Below are positions 57,331 to 64,000 of a stretch of 64,000 nt of DNA, piece after piece. The notes below the pieces were generated by a model, which saw nothing but the letters and a program-made list of their open reading frames with translations, made no database searches and was not told the origin of the DNA. Both the position numbers and the translations under genes were made by a program. The stretch is from positions 153,571 to 217,570 of IMG/VR virus record IMGVR_UViG_2881684137_000004; one strand, given 5' to 3'. Origin of the DNA: a virus. Taxonomy: Duplodnaviria > Heunggongvirae > Uroviricota > Caudoviricetes. How positions within the stretch are numbered: the stretch's first letter is position 1; every line of letters begins with the position of its first letter.

Positions 57331-59934
57331 TTGAACAGAGTTGAACTTGTAAAAATGCCTGATTTATCTAATATACCAACAGCGGCAGGTCAGAAAATTG
57401 TGGTTTCACCAGATGGTGAATATGTAATTTTAGTTCACACTAATGCTCCTTATCTGACGATTTATAGATTTAATAATGGAACTCTTACTCGATTATCTAA
57501 TCCAGCGACAATGCCCAGGGGGCAGACACGGAATGTTTCGTTTTCTAAAGACAATAATTTTATGGTTGTTGCCCATAATGAATCTCCATTTATATCGATC
57601 TACACAGTTTCAGATGGAACTTTTACAAAATTGCCCAATCCTACTAATTTACCCGAAAACGGAGGAAGAACCGTAGTATTTTCACCTGATGAACTTCACA
57701 TGATAGTTGGATGCTACTCTACAGGAACTCCATCCCTTTATTTATATAATATTTCTGGTAATACTTTCACTAGGCAAACTGATCAGTTCGGTTTTTTTGG
57801 AAGTGTTGATGCTATGGATTTATCGCATGACGGTATGTATTTAGCGGTTTATGCATGGTTAAACAATGCTGGGAGTATTCATTATTTTAAGAGGGTTGGA
57901 GATAGCTATATAAAACAATCACAAATTTCAGTTTCAAATATTATCAGTATAAAATTTTCAGTTGATAGCTCATTTCTTCTGACTACACACGCGTCTCAGA
58001 CGCCTTTCATAAATATTTATGATGTTTCAGGGGACACTCTTATTAAAAGAAGCGACACCGAGGAATTAATGTCTGATCCATGTTATTCAATATCCTTTTC
58101 TGTAAGTGGGCAGCACATTGCGATTACACATCGTGATTCTCCGAATGTTTCATTGTTTTCATATAGTAAAGGTAAATTAATAAAGTCAGGAAGTCCAGAT
58201 TCCCCACCTATTTTTGCAAGAGGGGTGGATTTTTCTTTAGATGAAAAATACGTTCTTACTACTACTTCTGATAGTCCTTTTATTGCAATTTATGAAATCA
58301 TAGTCTTTAGAAATAGATTACTTGTAAAATGTGAGGGCAACTATTTATCCTACAAAGATGAGCAATGGCAAATAGTCTCACAAAGCGAACCTAACGAGGC
58401 ACTGTATCTGTCAGGTGGAATGGATGATATCTCTCATATTCCCGACTCGGCATGGGCAGAATTAACGGGTGAAGTAGAATTTTGCTACTATGTGGGTGAG
58501 GATGATGTATCAGAAGTCTCATTCAATATCGAAACTGAACCGTTCACGCTTGAGCAAGAATGGGAAGGAAAAGAAATCAAAGTACTCGAATATACAGATG
58601 ATCCAACGTATAATGAATCCACAGTAACACTGGAAACTGAACCTTTCTCACTTTATGATGAATTAGGCGATGAAGTCGATGTACTTTATTACACCGATGA
58701 TCCAAATGTAACTTCTCCAGAGTTAGAAATTGACGCGAATTACACTCCATTGGATGAAATCGATGGAGACTTTGATGTTGTTACTTATCGTGTTGACGAT
58801 GACAAACCGGACGAAATTGATCTTAATATGGATGCTTTACCGATTGGGCAGCTTGTTGTTAGTCTTGAAGATTTCAGATTGCGTGGTGAGCTGAAAAGTA
58901 TCATTTCCGAAGCTAAAGCAGGAGGAATTATTCGATTCTTTTTCTCTTTCGATGAAGGATCGACATGGGAGATTTTCAGACATAATAAATGGAAAGTGTT
59001 ATCACCATCTGATAAAAATATGTTGAAGCGTTATGGAATGAGGTTAAATGAATTTAACAGTTTGCCAATTGATAAGCTGCAAGATAAGATTTCTACATTT
59101 TCGCAAGACAATAATAAATTTAGGGTTGCGTATTATATTGAAGAGAGAAGCCAACATGAGGAAACGAGCGTTGATTTTGTTAAAGCAATAGCTGAAGCAC
59201 CTTTAAATGATGTGAAATACGAAGACATGGCTTTTTACTTGCTGAATACAGTCGCAACAATTAATGTTTCTTTTAGTGGTAATAAACTATCAGGTAGTGT
59301 TGAGGATGAAGACAAAGGAAAAGTTAGATATCGTGTTTTATTAAACAATCAACCATATGTGCCTGCCGATGGAAGCTTCACCCAATATACACCTTCCCCA
59401 ATTGACATCAACATTGTTATTGACGACAGAAGATTACTCTTTGGACGAGAAAACACATTAACTGTTGAGTTTGAAGATACTTGGGGTGCAACTGATAGTT
59501 GGCAAACAACCTTCATTGGTACCTATAGTGGATTGATGTTTATGGATGAAAGCAATCAATATTATTCCGATACTTTTGGTGGAATTCTAAAACACTTGGA
59601 TTTTGGACAAATTATTGCAGGACAAACAACACTGGATCAAATGGTCTATGTGAAAAATTTGCTTGGTTACGATGTTGAGAATTTTACGCTGGAAGCCATT
59701 CAACCGAAAGTAAAAGATGACGAATCAGGGGAGTTTAAAGATGCTGATGGAATTAAAGTGGAATTATCGAAAACTCAATCACCATTCTTAGCTTCTTCTA
59801 TTCTGCATTATGATCAAATTTTTATTGCAGATGATCGAGTAGAGTTTTATGTTCGTATAACTACTCTGAAAACAGCTAAACCAATCCCCAACGGGAAGTT
59901 TGAGGTGAGAATTAAAGCAGATAAAGTAAGCTAG
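57331..59934 (+). CDS. Beta-propeller (WD40-like) plus acidic scaffold tail appendage protein
   Basis: Repeating FS.DG.Y..H..P.I.IY units; acidic ETEPF.L repeats; C-terminal LDFG.IIAGQTT. Confidence 0.7.
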   Translation: MNRVELVKMPDLSNIPTAAGQKIVVSPDGEYVILVHTNAPYLTIYRFNNGTLTRLSNPATMPRGQTRNVSFSKDNNFMVVAHNESPFISIYTVSDGTFTKLPNPTNLPENGGRTVVFSPDELHMIVGCYSTGTPSLYLYNISGNTFTRQTDQFGFFGSVDAMDLSHDGMYLAVYAWLNNAGSIHYFKRVGDSYIKQSQISVSNIISIKFSVDSSFLLTTHASQTPFINIYDVSGDTLIKRSDTEELMSDPCYSISFSVSGQHIAITHRDSPNVSLFSYSKGKLIKSGSPDSPPIFARGVDFSLDEKYVLTTTSDSPFIAIYEIIVFRNRLLVKCEGNYLSYKDEQWQIVSQSEPNEALYLSGGMDDISHIPDSAWAELTGEVEFCYYVGEDDVSEVSFNIETEPFTLEQEWEGKEIKVLEYTDDPTYNESTVTLETEPFSLYDELGDEVDVLYYTDDPNVTSPELEIDANYTPLDEIDGDFDVVTYRVDDDKPDEIDLNMDALPIGQLVVSLEDFRLRGELKSIISEAKAGGIIRFFFSFDEGSTWEIFRHNKWKVLSPSDKNMLKRYGMRLNEFNSLPIDKLQDKISTFSQDNNKFRVAYYIEERSQHEETSVDFVKAIAEAPLNDVKYEDMAFYLLNTVATINVSFSGNKLSGSVEDEDKGKVRYRVLLNNQPYVPADGSFTQYTPSPIDINIVIDDRRLLFGRENTLTVEFEDTWGATDSWQTTFIGTYSGLMFMDESNQYYSDTFGGILKHLDFGQIIAGQTTLDQMVYVKNLLGYDVENFTLEAIQPKVKDDESGEFKDADGIKVELSKTQSPFLASSILHYDQIFIADDRVEFYVRITTLKTAKPIPNGKFEVRIKADKVS

Positions 59935-59967
59935 TTATCTCAATGCAATGAGATAGGAGAGTGAGAA

Positions 59968-61893
59968 ATGAATGAGCCAACCGAACTGGTTAGCCTAATT
60001 GACATTAGAAGCCCTTCTAATAAAATGGAGGGCTTATTTGTTTTATATCAAGCAGTAGAAAGTTCAATTGACGCAAGTGTAACCGTCAGTAAAGTCGAAA
60101 AAAAAGAATTAGAAAGCTTTATTGACGTCCGATCTGGTGCTTCAAACAATATTAATGCATCAATTAAAGTCATGTATAGAGTAGATGACGAACTGAATGG
60201 TGTAATCGATGTAGTACCTTCATCTTACTTGCATAGTTTTGTAGAAGTAAGACCGAACAATCGGATGGAAGGAATATTTGAGCTATTTGAAGCAACAAGA
60301 AACATTGTACCTTTAAATCCAGTACAAGATTCTGTTGTAAGAAGCAGGCCAGATTTATCGACCATCAACTATGGCGACATGTCAATGATGATGATCGGTA
60401 AAAGTACAGATGAATCGTTTGAGTCATTTATTAGCTTTGATCATTTAAAAAACGTAATGAACGATGTCGATACGTTTGAACGAGCACGTTTAAAACTGTA
60501 TTACAATGGGCTTATTCAGGAAAATACAAATATAGAACTGTATCTCTCAAATGAAAAATGGCATGAATATGGAATTACTTATGCTAATAGACCATCACAT
60601 GGCGAGAAGATAAGTGCGAATTATGAGATAAACACAAAAGAGAAATACATTGAATTTGATTTGTTAGATGTTGTGAAAAACTGGTATTCTGACAAAATTG
60701 AAAACTACGGACTGATTATCAGCTCAAATAATGATTTTACAACCACATTTTTTACAAGAGAGAGTCAACCATCAAGACGGCCAGTTCTAGAAATTGTTTA
60801 TATTCCCAATACAATTCAGAGTCCAGGAAGATCGGATTTAAATGGCTCTTTGTTTGTCTGGTCACTTGGTGTGAAGGAATTAAGTTCTTATTTTACCGTT
60901 CACAGTGACTATGGGGAATCAACCCTTCATGCTACATTGTATGTACATCGATATGAAGTTCCAATAGAGGATGAATGGACTGGACAATTAGTTACGTCTA
61001 AGCCTGATTTACACAGTGAAATCCGTATCGTTCGAAGTGACAAGTCAGACTGTAGTGGTTATATATCCATTGCAAACAAAATACCAAGTTCACTTGATTC
61101 GTCACTTATTGTTAGCAAACCTGAGATTAATGGATTTGTTACAATCAATCAACATACGTCTATTGAAGGATTTTTAAATGTAAGACAAATGGACAGTAAG
61201 CTTATAGAAAGTTCTATCACAATCTCAAGACCTGAAATCCATGGATTTATTGAAGTGCCATCCTATGAATATTTAAGTTCATTTTTGACGGTTTTTGGAG
61301 ATAAGGATTCCATTATTCCATCTCAGATATCGGTGTCCAAACCGTTTCTAAGCTCACAAATAGCAGTTAGGGCTTTAGCAAAAAAAGAAATGAATGGCAG
61401 TCTAGTTGTTGTCCAAAACGGACGTAAGGAATTGATCAGTGATCTGTCGGTCTCAAGACCTGAAATTCATGGGTTTCTAGAAGTGAGAGCATTAGGAGAC
61501 GATTCTCTAGATGGATTCATTGAAATCCCAGTTTATAATGACATGCACTCCACTTTTGGAGTAAGCAGACCAGAAGCACACGGTTACATCGATGTACGCG
61601 TTGTTGGTTGGCTTGATGGATTTCTCTATGTCAAACAAATTGATCAGAGTGATGGATTTATTACAGTTAATCAAATCAGCGAATTAACAGGAACGCTTAT
61701 GGTCATGAAATTTAATGATCTAGAATCAAAATTGGCCGTTTCAAAACCTGAATTGGTAGGCTTCTTATATCCAAGAGTTCAAGCAGACAAGGACTTAAAT
61801 TCAATTTTTAATGTTCGACAAAGAGATGTGAGTGATTTATCAGGATACCTGCATGTTGCTGGCGGTGAGTATTCATATTATTTTATTTTATAA
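59968..61893 (+). CDS. DNRLRE/CBM96-like domain protein with repeated S(K/R)PE.HG beta units
   Basis: D..VRS..NYG..A.LKLY..W.E.GITYANRP..FD..V..W..NYG..F.TRES..P.L; multiple VS(K/R)PE(I/L).G repeats. Confidence 0.7.
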   Translation: MNEPTELVSLIDIRSPSNKMEGLFVLYQAVESSIDASVTVSKVEKKELESFIDVRSGASNNINASIKVMYRVDDELNGVIDVVPSSYLHSFVEVRPNNRMEGIFELFEATRNIVPLNPVQDSVVRSRPDLSTINYGDMSMMMIGKSTDESFESFISFDHLKNVMNDVDTFERARLKLYYNGLIQENTNIELYLSNEKWHEYGITYANRPSHGEKISANYEINTKEKYIEFDLLDVVKNWYSDKIENYGLIISSNNDFTTTFFTRESQPSRRPVLEIVYIPNTIQSPGRSDLNGSLFVWSLGVKELSSYFTVHSDYGESTLHATLYVHRYEVPIEDEWTGQLVTSKPDLHSEIRIVRSDKSDCSGYISIANKIPSSLDSSLIVSKPEINGFVTINQHTSIEGFLNVRQMDSKLIESSITISRPEIHGFIEVPSYEYLSSFLTVFGDKDSIIPSQISVSKPFLSSQIAVRALAKKEMNGSLVVVQNGRKELISDLSVSRPEIHGFLEVRALGDDSLDGFIEIPVYNDMHSTFGVSRPEAHGYIDVRVVGWLDGFLYVKQIDQSDGFITVNQISELTGTLMVMKFNDLESKLAVSKPELVGFLYPRVQADKDLNSIFNVRQRDVSDLSGYLHVAGGEYSYYFIL

Positions 61894-61907
61894 AGAGGAG
61901 TTCAAAC

Positions 61908-62333
61908 ATGGAAAGATTGGATTTAATCATCAAATCAGTTGTCGGTGTTATAGCTGGTTTCTTTTCTATACTCACTGGTATATTTGGTATCCCATTCGTT
62001 GCTTTGTTAATTCTAATGGCAATTGATTTTATAACAGCACTAATGGCAGCTAAGTATACTGGTGAAGGATTAAATAGTAAAAAAGGTTATAAAGGGCTAT
62101 TTAAAAAAACATATACAATTTTACTTATTGGTGCAGTAGCAATGACTGAGATATCTCTCCTACAAAGCAATGGGATTGTGGCTGATGGTATTGCAGGCGC
62201 ATTTGTTGTAATTGAATTAGTTAGTGTTGTCGAAAATGGTGGGAAAATGGGAATTAAATTCCCCGATAAGTTTAAGGATTTTATTACACAACTGAAGAAC
62301 GGAAAAACTGAAAATAACAATGAGAAAAAGTAA
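61908..62333 (+). CDS. Phage holin (holin_4_1 family)
   Basis: LM.IDF.T..LNSK.G.KG..KK; E..S..EN..MG. Confidence 0.88.
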   Translation: MERLDLIIKSVVGVIAGFFSILTGIFGIPFVALLILMAIDFITALMAAKYTGEGLNSKKGYKGLFKKTYTILLIGAVAMTEISLLQSNGIVADGIAGAFVVIELVSVVENGGKMGIKFPDKFKDFITQLKNGKTENNNEKK

Positions 62334-62346
62334 GTAGTTACTACCA

Positions 62347-62380
62347 AAAGTCACCTCACAAGGGTGGCTTTACTTTTTAT
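62347..62380 (+). terminator. Hairpin between holin and endolysin
   Basis: AAAGTCACCT/GGGTGGCTTT followed by ACTTTTT. Confidence 0.55.
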
Positions 62381-62414
62381 ATTTAACAATACAAGAAAGG
62401 GGAAATGAATATAA

Positions 62415-63236
62415 ATGAAAACTACATTGAATTTTATCCTGTTTGACTCCCATTCAGAATTTGCTGCATGGTTAGCTTCTCAGAAAGTATCTAGAAAAAT
62501 AACAATGATTCAAAATCATCACACCTGGCTTCCGAACTACACTCAATTTAATGGCAGCAATCATTTTGAAAGACTCGAAGCCATGCGTAATTTTCACATG
62601 AAATCAAATGGATTTGCAGAAGTTGCTCAACAGCTTACCACCTTTCCTGATGGTAAAATAGCTTACTCTCAAGGTAGAGGTTTTAATATTGCACCAGCAG
62701 GTATAAAAGGTGCTAATGCCAATGGAATTTGCATTGAACATTTTGGCAATTTTGATATTGGCGGTGACAATTTAACGGAAGAACATAGAGATACAATTTT
62801 GTTTTTAAACAAAGCATTATGTAACAAATTTAATTTAGAGATTAGCACAGAACATGTTGTTTATCATGCTTGGTGGAATAGTGCAGGTCATTGTATTTAT
62901 GACTTAAAGACTGGAGCAAAGAAAAGCGGTATGAGTGTAAAGTCTTGCCCTGGCACAAATTTCTTTGGCGGCAATACTGTTGTGGATGCACAGAAAGGAT
63001 TCATTCCACTGATAAAATCTTATAGCACCAGCAATAACAATAAAAATAATAATAATGAGGAGAGTGATGAAATGAAACTGAGTGATAATGAGTGGAAGAT
63101 GGCTAAAACTGCTTTACAAAATTTGTACGATAAAAAAGTAATCAGTGATCTAAACTGGATCAAAAAAGCTGAAAAAAAAGAACTTACAATAAGTGAACTC
63201 AGCTGGTTGAACTTGATATTGTTAAGTCGGAAATAA
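62415..63236 (+). CDS. Endolysin, Amidase_2 family N-acetylmuramoyl-L-alanine amidase
   Basis: QNHHTW, N..GICIE..GNFD, VYH, KSCPG; Asn-rich linker and short C-terminal domain. Confidence 0.9.
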   Translation: MKTTLNFILFDSHSEFAAWLASQKVSRKITMIQNHHTWLPNYTQFNGSNHFERLEAMRNFHMKSNGFAEVAQQLTTFPDGKIAYSQGRGFNIAPAGIKGANANGICIEHFGNFDIGGDNLTEEHRDTILFLNKALCNKFNLEISTEHVVYHAWWNSAGHCIYDLKTGAKKSGMSVKSCPGTNFFGGNTVVDAQKGFIPLIKSYSTSNNNKNNNNEESDEMKLSDNEWKMAKTALQNLYDKKVISDLNWIKKAEKKELTISELSWLNLILLSRK

Positions 63237-63413
63237 AGCAAGAAAACAACACACCCTTCAGGCGCTTTAGAATCTATTCTAAGCGTCTATTATCTTTATG
63301 GTGTATTTGGTTATTCTTCATGCAATATCGCCTTAAAATTGAAATTAGACGTATTGGAACGTGACTCAAGAGAAGAGTTTGATGACGTGTGAATGTTGGA
63401 GGTGAAAGTAATC

Positions 63414-63605
63414 ATGAATGAAGAAATAAAAGAAACAAAAGTTGATCTTCTACACGTAGACACAGAATTTACTGATGAGATTAATGCTGTTGTATATAAA
63501 GGAAGAACATACATAGAATTAAGAGCATCTGCTGATGCCTATGGTGCCGAAGTGACTTATGACAGCGAAAATAAAAGGGCAAAATTAATACTTAATAAAA
63601 ATTAG
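63414..63605 (+). CDS. Small stalk (copper-amine-oxidase-N-like) domain protein
   Basis: GRTYIELR..YGAEV.YD; GGAGGTG RBS before ATG 63414. Confidence 0.6.
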   Translation: MNEEIKETKVDLLHVDTEFTDEINAVVYKGRTYIELRASADAYGAEVTYDSENKRAKLILNKN

Positions 63606-63616
63606 GAGTGATACAA

Positions 63617-64000
63617 TTGGATTTCATTTATGCTGTGTGTGTTGGTGTTTTATTTATTGTTGCAATGTACTTCATAGACAAATACTTAAATGCTAAAGAT
63701 ATAAACAAAGAAAAATTTAAAAAAGTTATTGAAATCGCACGATTGCTTGTAGGAGTATTTAAATTAAAACAAGATACTCGTGACCGATCACTGCTTATTT
63801 TGGATATTGCAGATTCAGCGGTAAATAAGGTTTTTCTGACTGTTGAAACCGATAATATTCAGGATAAAATCAGCATTTCATTGGAAGCCATTAATGAGAC
63901 ACTTTCACAATTGGGAATTGAGCCGACTGAGAATGAATTGAGATTGATTGAAATTATCGTCACAGAAAGCTTGAATTTCCTCGAAAAACGTCAAAAATAG
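63617..64000 (+). CDS. Second holin-like single-TM protein
   Basis: N-terminal TM; ..L..LGI..E..LIE..V C-terminus resembles LL-H-type holins; AGGAGTG RBS before TTG. Confidence 0.5.
   Translation: MDFIYAVCVGVLFIVAMYFIDKYLNAKDINKEKFKKVIEIARLLVGVFKLKQDTRDRSLLILDIADSAVNKVFLTVETDNIQDKISISLEAINETLSQLGIEPTENELRLIEIIVTESLNFLEKRQK

Larger units (their letters stand above)
1..64000. mobile_element. SPbeta-like large (pro)phage segment: RNAP, head, tail and lysis modules; no att site or host gene in window
   Basis: Order RNAP-HU-YonK-YonJ-terminase-portal-protease/scaffold-capsid-tail tube-recombinase-TMP-Dit-Tal-holin-amidase matches recalled SPbeta yonO to blyA synteny. Confidence 0.93.

Noticed and set aside
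52213-61893. Invertible shufflon or complete DGR driving receptor switching
   Set aside because: All cassettes are co-oriented full genes with own RBS; no inverted crossover repeats, RT or template repeat seen.
1-64000. CRISPR array, rRNA, inteins, att sites, and the many short antisense ORFs in the track
   Set aside because: No regularly spaced repeats, rRNA or intein motifs, or host junction seen; antisense ORFs lie within long well-supported genes.

Overview
The whole 64 kb window is a large temperate-type phage or prophage of a low-GC Bacillota host. Secreted copper-amine-oxidase-N 'stalk' proteins suggest Paenibacillus or Brevibacillus. Gene order follows the Bacillus subtilis SPbeta yon/yom region. 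The left arm (1-8.4 kb, mostly minus strand) has an ADP-ribosyltransferase-like gene, a strand-asymmetric non-coding kilobase, an origin-like hairpin/inverted-repeat block, a RecD2 helicase and a tyrosine-recombinase-fold gene. That gene is transcribed divergently from a YonO-type single-subunit RNA polymerase. A ~52 kb plus-strand late cluster follows: HU, YonK/YonJ-like genes, a GIY-YIG endonuclease, a structured non-coding block, tRNA-Trp, terminase, portal, protease/scaffold, capsid, neck, tail tube, tape measure, baseplate, many receptor-binding modules and lysis genes. Most notable: (i) three glycosyltransferases directly behind the tail tube gene (candidate virion glycosylation system); (ii) a 1365-nt group I intron with a Vsr/EDxHD-type homing endonuclease splitting the tape measure gene; (iii) a pseudoknot-rich candidate ncRNA next to an atypical tRNA-Trp; (iv) several late genes that appear to start at ATT/ATA/CTG; (v) a split Dit, a gp5-like spike plus PAAR-like tip with no sheath gene, and a family of adhesins sharing one C-terminal docking motif. 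Family assignments rest on motif recognition and recalled synteny; no database searches were run.
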